Of a stretch of DNA of 64,000 nt, positions 12,006 to 23,447 are shown piece by piece. This DNA is from Carcharhinus amblyrhynchos (Eukaryota), in NCBI GenBank assembly GCA_965287045.1, contig CBDIYR020000020.1:496001-560000 (forward strand). The letters are read 5' to 3'. The notes under the pieces were generated by a model. It saw only the letters and a list, made by a program, of their open reading frames with translations. It ran no database searches and was not told the DNA's origin. A program made the translations under genes and the position numbers. Numbering within the stretch: the first letter of the stretch is position 1; every line of letters starts with the position of its first letter.

Positions 12006-13222
12006 ATTTCAAGAAACTAGGCCAAATATTCCTGAGAGTAAACAAACCATTTACAGAGCACCATTTAAGAAGGTGACATACTGTGAAGTCTTTAGAATAT
12101 TTTCAATTAGATCAGTTTTTAAGCCTAGAATAAGCTGTGTGGCCTCCCCATAGATTGCATAGTTCAAATCCTTCAAATGTAGTATCAATAAAAAGAGTCA
12201 TGCTTGTAGTTGTTTTCTTTCTTTAGATAAAGCCACATCATCATTGGGCCATTGATGTTCCATAAAAGATAGGACCAGGAACAGGTCCCAGTAAAACTTC
12301 AAATGGAAAAAGGTGGATAGTAACCCAACTCCCATTTAAAAAAAAGAGATCTCATAGCAAATCTACATGAGGTGGATAAAACAACAACTTGGGTCATACT
12401 GCATAGGATTGCCCATTCATTACAGAACCTTGTGTATTTGGGAGGGGGGGGGGTGGAGGGAGAGCAACCTTTTCTTCCATAATGCTTCTTTTGCAAAAGC
12501 ATTTTTTTTAAAATCGGCTTTGAGCACTGTACCCGCCATTTTTATTCCAATGATGTTTTAATTTGGGCTCCATTAGCCTAACCTTCTTAAATTGGCTTTC
12601 AGTAACATAGTTGCTAAATGCACTCACTTCCTTATCACGGTGAAAGACTTGTAGATGCATAACAAAAACTGTATCGATAGGAATCTGTCACAGGGCGGGG
12701 ATGTTGAGTGGGCTGTGTATGTACCACGAGCTCGCTTGTGAACCTTCATTTCTCATAATCTCAGTTTAATAAACACTGCTATAGAATGGCTGTGTGCTTT
12801 ATGCAGCTGCAAATCATCATGGTGACTACTGTATCCAACCTGGGCTAATATGACACACCTTTGGTTACCAGACAATTTGGCTCAGTAAGTAAATAATCTT
12901 CCATGCAAAGAAAGACGTTTTATTTCAACAATTAGTGAGTGCATGTTTTGCTATGCTTATGTCAAGCATCAATGGGGAAAAAAAAATGTGAGAAACCATT
13001 ATTTTGGGCTGATTAAAAGGGAATACTGCATTTAATATTACAGAACTGATTCAAGAGGATGTGGCCCTACGCACATAGAGACACACACACACAGACAAAT
13101 TTCAAGAAACTAGGCCAAATATTCCTGAGAGTAAACAAACCATTTACAGAGCACCATTTAAGATGGTGACATACTGTGAAGTCTTTAGAATATTTTCAAT
13201 TAGATCAGTTTTTAAGCCTAGA
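12006..13222. repeat. 124-bp direct duplication: 12006-12129 and 13099-13222
   Basis: atttcaagaaactaggcc...tttttaagcctaga occurs twice with one mismatch seen (agaagg/agatgg); each copy follows a (CA)n run. Confidence 0.95.
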
Positions 13223-14774
13223 GTACTGTGGAATCCAGGCCGTTTATCATACACATCACCAGAAACAACAAACAATAGTGGGTGTACAAGTTTCACAATA
13301 CATAGTTGACTGTGGGATTGTTCAGTTTTGCCAGACCAATCCTTGTATTGGTTAGCTGAATGATGAACCATGCTTGCAGCAAGAAAATGGTTTCCCATTT
13401 ATACAGCTACTCATAGAAATGCCATAAATTCCATTTCATTGTGTGGCTCTTGACTCCACCTGAGCCAGAAATAAAACCTTGTTTAATTTACAGCACTGCT
13501 CACAAAGTCAAGATTACATTGGCAAAGGCATTGATAAGAACACGTGCCCTAGATATTTTTCAAAAATCACAGGAGACTAGTGAAAAAGGTTGACATTGCA
13601 GGCGGAAATGAAACAGATTTTTCTTCCAGCCATAATACTAACTGGAAAAGAACTCCTGAATCAATGTGGACCAGACAGTTTCTAACACACAATAATATTC
13701 AGGTTTGCATTATCAGATTGTGTATCAATTCTTGACTAGCTCTGTCTTCTAGGCAAGAACAACAAAAAGGGAAGTGCATTCCACTGATGTACATTAATGG
13801 TTCACACCTAAACACTAATGTCACTCGGCTGTTCCTGGTTAGCATATTTTTGCTTTGATATTGCTTTCAAGTACGGGATAGGCTGAAAAGAGACATCTTG
13901 GAATAGCTTTCTGTTATATAATATCACGAAAGGAAATGGTGTGCTGTGAATAGCATTCCCTTCAGAGCTCTATCATCATTGGATCAAAACCTAGTTGCAA
14001 TTCAACAGAAACATTTAACTTTTAATAGTTCAAGAGGAGGACTATTAACCAAGATGTAATCCCTTCATAGGTTTATAGAATTTGTAAAATCTAAAAATTG
14101 ATAAATTTTAAAAGTAACAGCCTGTTGCTCTACAGTAAATCACCTGCTCCTTGTAGAACATTCATTTAATTGATTTCAGAGTCAATCACAGGACAGAACC
14201 AGTCACACGAAAAGGTGAGAGTTTGCTTAAATATCCAAATTGGGTCCTACTTGGAATTGACTGCTGGAAGCTGCTTACAAAATGTATTTTTTCCCCTGGA
14301 CTAAGGCATATGGGGCCCCTTAAAAAATACTTCCATCCCACTGCTAGTCTGTTTGAGGGACTGAAAAATGTGTTGGTGAGATTCCCTCCATAAAAGTAGA
14401 AAGCTTGTGTGGAATTGTTTGGTTAATACTATCTGGAAGAAATAAATCTTACCAGAACCAACATAAAAATTTTAACAGCAGTAATCCTTACATATGTCTA
14501 CACTGCAAAGTACTGTTGTAACCTGTTGTGTTGCTCATAAAATATTTAAAAGCTCTTGAGTTGTTGCGCCTCAGAGTTTAAAAAAAAATCTAAGGTATTG
14601 GTTTTAAAAATGTTTCTCTTCAAATATTTATAATGTGGGGGTGTGCTAGGCAAACAAGGGTGGGGGGAAGGAAGCCAGAGTGGAAACTTTTCATAACATT
14701 TGTTTTGTGTGGGATTCCTTGCATTAACCAGTGAGTTTATGGGTAACTGAATTATATAGGTCAAAATCATCCTA

Positions 14775-14925
14775 AATCCAAACACTGGTCTGTGCTGAAT
14801 TAGCAGCAATGGTGCCCACTACTTCTACAATTGATTGTTACTTAGCAATCCCTGCTGGAAAATGTACCACTTTGAACATGGGTTCAGGATAGGATTAGCT
14901 TATTCTGATGATCGCCACGGTCTTA
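14775..14925 (+). mobile_element. LF-SINE-like fragment
   Basis: ggtctgtgctgaattagc, ctacaattg, ccctgctggaaaatgt and aggataggatt resemble the recalled LF-SINE consensus. Confidence 0.55.
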
Positions 14926-15016
14926 CAATGCTTGGATTGATTTTAAAGCAGCTCATGAATAAGGAGTATCTGCTCTGTCCACCTGTTTGATAGGTCTGAG
15001 TCTTTATCATGCTAAT

Positions 15017-15336
15017 TAAGAAGTCTCACAACACCAGGTTAAAGTCCAACAAGTTTATTTGATAGTAAACCCACTAGCTTTCAGGGTTTGCTCCTTCATC
15101 AGGTGAGTGACAAGTTCTGGTCACAAACTGAATACTGATTTCTAGAAATCAGTATTCTGTAAACTATGTGTGCCTTTATATGCTCTGTTTGTGACCAGAA
15201 TTCTCCAGTCACCTGACGAAGGAGCAAACCCCAAAAGCTAGTAGGTTTACGATCAAATAAACTTGTTAGACTTTAACCTGGTGTTGAGACTTCTTACTGT
15301 GTTTACCCCAGTCCAACACCGGCATCCCCACATCAT
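15017..15336 (+). mobile_element. Non-autonomous Penelope-like fold-back element with an 11-bp TSD
   Basis: Inverted arms 15017-15129 and 15186-15296; 3' extension ccccagtccaacaccggcatccccacatcat; TSD tttatcatgct at 15003-15013 and 15338-15348; hammerhead motifs in both arms. Confidence 0.85.
15069..15108 (-). ncRNA. Minimal type I hammerhead ribozyme motif
   Basis: rc reads ACUCAC-CUGAUGA-AGG(AGCAAAC)CCU-GAA-AGCU-A-GUGGGU: stem I 6 bp, stem II 3 bp, palindromic AGCU stem III, UH cleavage site. Confidence 0.75.
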
Positions 15337-16890
15337 ATTTATCATGCTGCTAGTGAGCTGTACACACCAAGTAGGCATCCCTCAGATTGTTAGTTCTGGG
15401 ATAAGGGGGAAAATCAGCCAGCTCCCATGCTGGGCTACTCAGTAGATTGGGCCTTGAGGGGATGGTGCAAGTCTTACCAAAGGTACTTCACTTAAAAATC
15501 AATCAAGGTGAAATAATTCACCATATTTATCACAAAACTTATTTGTGATGTGTTTTTTTTTTAGTTTTATCTGTGTTCCAATATGAGTGTTGATGGTGAT
15601 ACCAGGGAAATGACATGTGAAATGCTTTTGTGGAGGAAATCTCACCAACAGTATCTCAGTCTCTCAAACAGACCAGCAATGGGATGAAGAGTTGTTTTTA
15701 AGCGGCCTTATATGCCTTGGTCCAGGAAAAAAAAATATTTTGTGTAGGAGCTGAACAACATCAGAAGACAGGGCAATGATGTCAGTGCATTCAATTTAAA
15801 TTAAAATACTGAAAAAAGTTATATGCAAAGTAAGATCTCGGGTTGTAACAGTTCAATTTCTTTTTAAAAGGGTCACTTATTGTAATATCTCTGGAATAAT
15901 TGTGATAAGATTAGTTACAATTATTCTAATATTGTCATTTCTTTGGGGAAAATGATAGAACGTTAAAGAGTCTTTCAATAAGACATTATAATATTTGTCC
16001 AGACATACTTTTAATTCCACAAGGCACATGACACTAATAAAATCAGAACACTCAAAAAGCACTATTGGTTTGCTATGAGCAAAGAAATGACAGTAAGTGT
16101 CAAATCTTTATTTCACAAGGCATATACGTATAAAACATTTTAAAACTATTTTATATTTTAATTTTTCAAAAGGATGCATGTTATTTTAACAAGTAAGTTT
16201 GCTATTAAGTTAAAGAAAAAGGAGACTTCATGAACTAGGATTGAAAGTTTTGAAAACTCCATGTAACCAGCATTTGGCATTTTGTCACTAGAAATCTTAT
16301 TTTTGTCTTTATATCTAAATAGGAATTTACTTACCTTTTGTAAACCTCACTGGTTCTATCAGAACAAAGTATTTTCATATTTCTTAAACCCAAATCCGCC
16401 TTTGTTGTGACCAAGTAGTTAAGGAGTTAAAATCATCCTCTGTTCCCCAACTCCTTTTTTGCTCTAGAGTGCAAGTTTTCCTTTCATGGAATGAAAACAA
16501 TGACCGTGTAAAACAAAAGACATAGCCCAAGAACAGCTGGCATTCAGGCAGCTTGGAGAATAAAAAGACAGCTTAAAATAAATCCTTTGGCCTGTGCCAG
16601 GACAGAGGCTGTTTTGTCTGCTTGGATTGTTACCTTGTCTGTATTTTTTGAGGCGATCTTGGAAGAAGAAGCAATGGTGTTTATTTTTGTCCTTTCTTTC
16701 AGAGCCTTAAGGGAATGCAGGTTTTTAATTATGTTCTGGTACATTCCGTTTCAGGTTTATTTCCAAAATTCTTTAGACAAAACAACTCAATTTAGTGAAG
16801 ATCATTTTATTAAATTCTGAATGTTCTTCCCCTGTAATACCTATGACACTGCTCACAAGCTCTCATGACATGCAGACAAGATTGAAGATT

Positions 16891-17177
16891 GGGCAGCATG
16901 TTGACACAGTGGTTAGCACTGCTGCCTCACAGCACCAGGGAACCAGGTTCGATTCCCGTCTTGGGTCACTGCCTGTGTGGAGTCTACACGTGTTTGCATG
17001 GGTTTCCTCCAAGTGCTCCGTTTCCTCCCACAGTCCAAAAGACCTGCTGGTTAGGTGCACTGGTCATGGTAAATTCCCCTTCAGTGTTCCCGAACAGGCA
17101 TTGGAGTGTGGCGACTAAAGGATTTTCACTAACTTCACTGCAGCGTTAACATAAGACTACTTGTGACACTAAAAGAA
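16891..17177 (+). mobile_element. HE1/V-SINE-like tRNA SINE with tail type B
   Basis: A box acagtggttagcac, B box ggttcgattcc, V-core tgggtttcctcc..tgctcc..ttcctcccacagtccaaaagac, tail ...ctacttgtgacactaa. Confidence 0.9.
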
Positions 17178-17414
17178 AAGTGGTGATATATTCAAACCTA
17201 ATATTTTCCCCAACATATCCTTATGGAAATATATACTATACATAATAAAAATGATTGTTCAAAAGGAAAAGCCAGTAATTGGCACGGTATCAAATCATAC
17301 TGATAAAGATGATTTCAGGTGGGATCCTTATTCTGTTTTTGGTTGGCTAATTTCAGCCTGGCCATTCCAACTATGCATCTTAATTGGCCTTTCCCATTAA
17401 AGGTCCACTAAGAG

Positions 17415-17495
17415 ACAAAAGCAAAATACTTCTGCACTTGCTGGAAATCAAATAAAAACAAACAAAGGAAATACTCAGCAGATCTGGCATCATTG
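17415..17495. mobile_element. Fragment of a second Penelope-like short element
   Basis: caaaatact..gctggaaatc..aaaaaca..gaaatactcagcagatctggca matches the ends at 43835-44120 and 54698-54850. Confidence 0.55.
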
Positions 17496-18064
17496 GTGGT
17501 GGATTAATGGGCAGAAATTAATCTTGGTGACGGGCCCTGCCCAATGGCTGGACACCACCAAACCACCGCCCCCCCCCCCCCCCCCCCCCAACACCACCAC
17601 CTGAGGACTGCCAGTCAAGTAGCGGCCAGCACTTCTGCATTGCTACCTGCACCACCAAGGAAGAACTGGTAACGGTCAATAATATACCCAGCAGTGGTGT
17701 AGGATCAGCGATGAACGTAGGCCAGATAGGAGAGGTCGGTTTGGGTTTGGAAAGAGAGAACTGCAGAAGGGGGCAAAGGGTTGAGAGAAAAAAAGGCAAG
17801 GGGTAGCTCTTAATGCTTCTCCCCACTTCACCTAGTTTTCAACCATTTAAAATCCACTTGAGGGCCTCAATGAATGGACGTAAGGTGAGGATTATCTAAT
17901 TTGGTCATGCATCCGTAAACCTGCTGCATACTAACAAAGTTAATATTCATACTTAAATGACAGACATTTTGATAAGCTATTAGAAGATGCATAGAACTGT
18001 ATCTGGAAAGAGTGAAAGAAATTCAGTAGAAGAGAGTAGACTGGTTCCTAAATCAAGTTGTCAT

Positions 18065-18166
18065 TCGTGTCATCAGCAAACTTTGTTACCGTACACTCAG
18101 CCCCCTCCTCCAGATCGTCTATGTATATGGTAAATAGTTGAGGCCCCAGCACCGATCCCTGTGGCA
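18065..18166 (-). mobile_element. Isolated CR1 RT core fragment
   Basis: rc translates [33 protein letters not shown]. Confidence 0.9.
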
Positions 18167-19949
18167 GCCTTAAAAAAGACTACAAGTCATTAGTTTTAAA
18201 CCTTGGTAGAACACCAACGTGCTCACTCATATCCTCAGACATGACTTCTATCTAGATTGTTCAAAACCATTAATGCATCTATATATTCACCAGGTACGTA
18301 ACAAGGGATACTTAAGGGCTTGGGCAGAGTTTAATGTATGCAATGGGAGTCTAGACTCTGTCACCTCCTCCGGGGAAGGCTCGTTGGATAAAGTATTGTC
18401 AGGCACTTAAGTGGCCAGTGGTGGACCTTCCTTGGGATCAAGGATCCTGGGGACAGAGACCCCCATCCTTCCGAAAGCTGTTTGCCAGAAACCAATAGCT
18501 GTGTACTATGCAGCAGTGCCACCAGGGAGACAGTGGCTGGTAATGCATTCACCAGAAGCCAAGGATTGTCCAGGATCCAGACCACAGGATAGTGGTGGCT
18601 GGCTGGCATTTGGTGGGAGGGGGCAAGGAGAGGGTCAGCAACAAAAGCAGAAAGTAACTCTTGACTCTTGACAGGCCCATCACCCCTTAATTAGGAACTG
18701 AGTGACCAATGAGGGACACTGGAAGTCCAAGGCTTTCCACACGGCCAATCCCCTTCCCACTACTGGATGAATTCTAGTGACGATGGGATAAGGACCTTAA
18801 GTGGGCATTAGTTGCCCATTTAAGAGCTTCAATTGGTGGCAGAGGGGAAAGGTTTTGGGGTTCCAATCTATCACCCTCCTGCCTGATTAAGTTTCCCAAA
18901 CTCTGAAGCACTTATTAATACTTGTACTTTGAAACTTGTAGACTCTTTTTTGAAGCAATAATTCTGTGAAATTAATTATCATAGCAGTTACTACAACGAA
19001 CAAGGTTAACAGATTTTATCACAACATTTACCTGGTCTGAATTCTAGCAGTGTGACACTGATGTACTGTTGCATTGATCTGCTGCAGAGCAATCTGTTCC
19101 CATGAAATAAAGTGTCAGGACCATCACTTCACTAACACCAATACCTTGCTTGCTGATCATTATCTCTGAACAATGTGTGTAGTTAGTAAAAAAAATCTAC
19201 TTCTGCACATTTCTTGCAGTATCTTGGTAGTGCCACACTTAGTAAAAAAAAACAATGAGTTGGAGTCAATCTTTTGCACTAAAGGAAGATGCTAAAATTA
19301 AAAGTGACATTTTAAATAGCATCTAAATCAAACATTTACCAAAGCAAAAAATATTTCATGAATATTGAATTGTGTACACAATGAATTGTGTAAGGAAGTT
19401 AATTTATCTCTTTCCACTGGGAAAATTTAGATTTGGTTCCTGGTTCAGCTAAAATCAAAAGGATATATTGGGGAAAAACTGTAAAATCATTGTACCTTAA
19501 TAAAATTTTAACTATTCTTATGGTCCCTTTAAATTGTAGGACAGATGAAATGAAAGACTTCAGTCAGGTTAAGTTTTCTAAAATATTCTATATTTCTGAA
19601 CAAACAGAATTAGGTAATTTCAACCTAACGTGCTAGGTTGGAAACCCAAAGGATCAGATGGGAGTGATTTCAATCGAAAGTAAAATCAGGCTGCGTGCAA
19701 CTACACTGTTGCATCTGTTCCTGTCAATTTTCTGACAGGCACGTCAGGTTAAACTTGCGGACATACTATTGAATTTAAATTTGAAAAGTTAAAGCATCCT
19801 TGAAAGTAAAGCAGATTTTAAATATGCTTCCCTGCTAGTTGTTTTCCTAAATATGTTCCGAATGTGAATTTGAATTTCTTACTGATGTGATGGAATGCCA
19901 CAGGTACCAAAATATTAACCCTTACGTTCATTATTTAAGATAATAACTT

Positions 19950-21615
19950 TATAAGAGATAGGAGCAGGAGTAGGCCATTCAATCCCTTGAGCCTGTTCCA
20001 GCATTCAATAAGATAATGGCCTGAACTCCACTTTAGTGCCAGGCCCCATAACCCTCAACTCCCTTGACAATCAAAAAGCTGTTTAACTCAAGTCTGGAAT
20101 ATATTCAGTGACCCCACCTCCACTGCTTGCTGGGGGTAAAAATTTCAAAGACTAATGACTGAAGAAATTCCTCCTCATTTCCCAGTTTAAATGGGAGGCC
20201 CCCTTATTTTTAAGCTGTGACAAGGAAACCTAGATCGAGATTTCCCACAATAGGAAAGACTTTTCAAATATCCACCCTATCAAGCCCCCTCAGAATCTTG
20301 GTTTCAATAAGATCATCTCTTGTTCTTCTAAATTCCAATGAGTATAGGCAAAGCCTATACTCAGGTGGGACAGGGGATTGCAGGTTGACACTCTGTCCCC
20401 GCTACTCTTGAAGGCAACAAATGCCAGGTAGGATATCCTGATGCTGTGCAAGAGAAAGCCATCCCATCAAATGAAGGAGGCCTGGGCAGAGGTGACAGCC
20501 TAGATCTGCAGGCACAACATGGTGTGTTCTGGTTATCATATCGCAAAACCCTGAACTGTTGCCTTGATTTGCCTCCTTCATTTGGTGGGATGGCCTCCTC
20601 TTGCACAGCATCAGGATATTCTTCCTGGCACTCACTGCCTTCATAAGTAGCAGATCGGAGTGACAACCTACAATGATCTCCCACCTGAATATAGGCTTGG
20701 CCAATACTCATTGGAATTTAGAAGAATGAGAGGTAATCTTATTGAAATATATAAGATTTGGTTTACAGCCCTTTCTACAGCCCCAGTTATACAATTTTCA
20801 GCATAGTTCAGGTGAAGGCCATCCCAACAAATTCTCAGTATTGGTGCTAGTGTCCCATGAATCAAAACCCCATTCTCCCATCTTTGAGCTATGCAATTTT
20901 CTCATGACTCAGATAGTAATCCAGAAATTTTCTCTTTGTGGTTCTGTTTAGTCCCTAGCTTCTCATAGTCCCTTCTGCATAACGTCTTTCGTGGTCCTAT
21001 TTATGGGTTAGTACTACATGGTTTTTCTCCCACTCCAAGTTGCTATTCAGTTTTGAGTTGATGCCCTTAAGCCTGACACCAGGCAGGCAATGCAGCCTTT
21101 GGCACTGTCACTTGTGGCTGCAGACAGCACTATATATTCCAACTATACTGTCCCCTACTGCAAGTATATTCTTCTTACTCCTCTCATTTGAATGGTTCTC
21201 TGAACAACAGTACCGTGTCATCTTCCCAGCAGTCGTTGCTCTCATCCACACAAAGTTGTACGAACCGTGAACCTATTGGACAACTGCAAGGCCTGAAGAT
21301 CTAACATTGCTACCTTCTGGATCCCCACGTCTGCCCGACTTGTAGTCTTACCCTTTTGTCCATGATCATGAGCCACATCTGAAGTACCAGGCCTAAGGCA
21401 TGTGACTTCCTCCTGAAACAAAGTGCCAAGATAACTTTCTTTTTCCCTAATGCATCACAATGTCCAAAGCTCAGACTCCAGCTCATCAATTCGGAGCTGA
21501 ACTTCCTCAGGCTGCATTGCATACACTTACTGAAGGTGTGACTGTTATGGATTTCCCTGGTGTCCATCAGTTCCCACATGTTACAACTGCAACACATCAT
21601 CTGCCCTACCATCTT
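19950..21615 (-). mobile_element. Old CR1 LINE with most of ORF2 deleted; 3' end 19950-20360, ORF1 remnant 20760-21612
   Basis: Tail ataagagataggagcaggagtaggccatt. ORF1 remnants: MVGQMMCCSCNMWEL..C (Zn-finger-like), ILAVGDSIV...HCLPGVRL and DGLHLN (SGNH esterase blocks). Confidence 0.82.
20302..20747. repeat. Fold-back: arms 20302-20481 and 20571-20747, loop about 90 bp
   Basis: ttcttctaaattccaatgagtat / atactcattggaatttagaagaa and atatcctgatgctgtgcaagag / ctcttgcacagcatcaggatat. Confidence 0.93.
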
Positions 21616-23447
21616 TATTGTGTTTAATTTAACTAATTAGGTTTCAAGTTTAGAAAACCACTCATCTGTTGTTTGTACTTGTACCAAACAGTTTAACTGG
21701 TACTGTTAAACTACTGCCCACGTTTACAGGGACAAAATCTTTAAACAAAAATCACAAATCACCTATCTGCTCATTCAAATAAAGCCTTGAACACTCACTG
21801 CCTTCTAGAAGGCTAAGAAAAAGATTTATAAAGTAGCACCTTCTTCCCTGTCTGCACTGCATAAAATTCCCAAGTCAACACCCATACCTCAGCATAGAGA
21901 CAGACCTCATCACACACTGTGCTCCCACAATCTATGCAATAGCAACACCTGTTTACTTTTATAGAGGGCTGAGTGACTCACACCAAAGTTACAACTGTTA
22001 AATCAGCTTCTTCCAACACTTATTATTCACTTTCAGTTGATTGACAGATAACTATCACTGCCAGGCAATTTCTGTTAATTAGGCTTCTTAACTGGCTTGC
22101 AATTTTAAAGTTTTAAGTTAGAGTCTGGCTGGTAATCTTGAGAGATTTCTACCCGCACCAAATTTCCAAGTTAGCACTCGTAGCTCATCTCACTGAGGTT
22201 TTAGACCATGCTCTTGTCACACACTTGTGTTCCCATACATTTACAGGAGTTGAAGCATGTTCTGACTTGGAGTAAGGTGGAAGTCACCATCAATCACAAC
22301 CCTGTCCTCACCCAAGGTTCACACATGTGCCTTTGCAACAGGTGTTGCAACAGGAGCTGGCATCACGGTTGATGTTTTGCTCTACTGTGGCAAACTATGT
22401 TTCTCTATTACTGTTTTGATAGAGATTGGTTAATTCTGTGGGAAAGCCCATCAGTAACTTTAACCTTATCAGGAATTTAAATAATTCCTGATTATTTAAC
22501 AATCCTTTTGTCTACCTTTTTTTAGAACACTGTGAAGTTTCAAGTTATTTTGGAGGAGAAAACTCCTTCAAAATGCTGTTTTGCTTTGTTAAAAGGCCAC
22601 CGCTGTTATGTTTCCCATTTTATAATGCACATTGGACAAAATCTATAATGGGATAGATTCCAAGAGATTTTCAACTAATCACTAAAAGCATTTATGAATC
22701 ACCACATAATTTGAATAAAGCCCTTCACAGACAGACGTCTGCAAATGCTAAGGTCACAGATCCTTATTGAGCAAGCTTGCCTGAATATTACAGCTTTTTA
22801 TTTAAACCAGGCTAACCTTACATAACAGTCTCAAACAGACCACCATAGACTGATTGAATGGCAGGTTACAGGCAAGTCCCTAGACGCAGACAAGAAACAT
22901 CTGTTTATGAATTTAATTCATCAATAGTGTCCAGTTATAGCCTTATACAGTTATGTGTAAAGCTTAATTTATTCGAGAGATTTTATTCTCTAAAACCCCT
23001 GCAAATGAGAGCAACACAGAAACACAACAGTTAAAGCTTTCACACTTGTTCATATGACACTCATTAAAGAATTCTTTTGCTTACCTCATGTCCCCTAGCA
23101 TCAAATCAGTAATGTTGGAAAGGCAGGATGTATATAACCAAAGGTCGACCTTTTAACTTACTAAAAGTCTCTAAATCAAGCTTTTGGCCTGATGTTGCAA
23201 ATCACCTTCCGATGGTTAATATAGGCTTTGTGCTGGACATGTCCTTATAGATTAAACAATACATTGGAACTTGCTAAGATTGCTAATGAAGGATAGCCAG
23301 TTCAAAATATTCAAATATACAATATTTAATACTCCCTATAAAATTGGATGCATAAATCATAACCCACAGTAAGACAGACATACTTATATATAAAATTTAA
23401 ACATGCTGCATATTTAGTGTTGCCTTCTTTGCTTTTACAGAAATGAA

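Larger units (their letters stand above)
14269..15752. repeat. Diverged inverted repeat of about 128 bp: 14269-14396 and 15625-15752
   Basis: cctggactaaggcatat...gtctgtttgagggactga...tgttggtgagatt matches the rc of aatctcaccaaca...tcagtctctcaaacagac...atatgccttggtccagg. Confidence 0.88.

Noticed and set aside
12590-12835. Possible solo LTR (aataaa, CpGs)
   Set aside because: No TG..CA ends or TSD could be defined
16891-16960. tRNA-like A/B boxes at SINE heads
   Set aside because: They run into V-core and LINE-type tails, so they are SINEs and not tRNA genes
22468-22492. Small hairpins here and at about 55068-55089 and 57766-57790
   Set aside because: Stems of 7-9 bp are expected by chance in AT-rich 64 kb
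23079-23260. Minus-strand donor GAG|GTAAGC with an upstream AG
   Set aside because: Stops in all three frames and a weak acceptor
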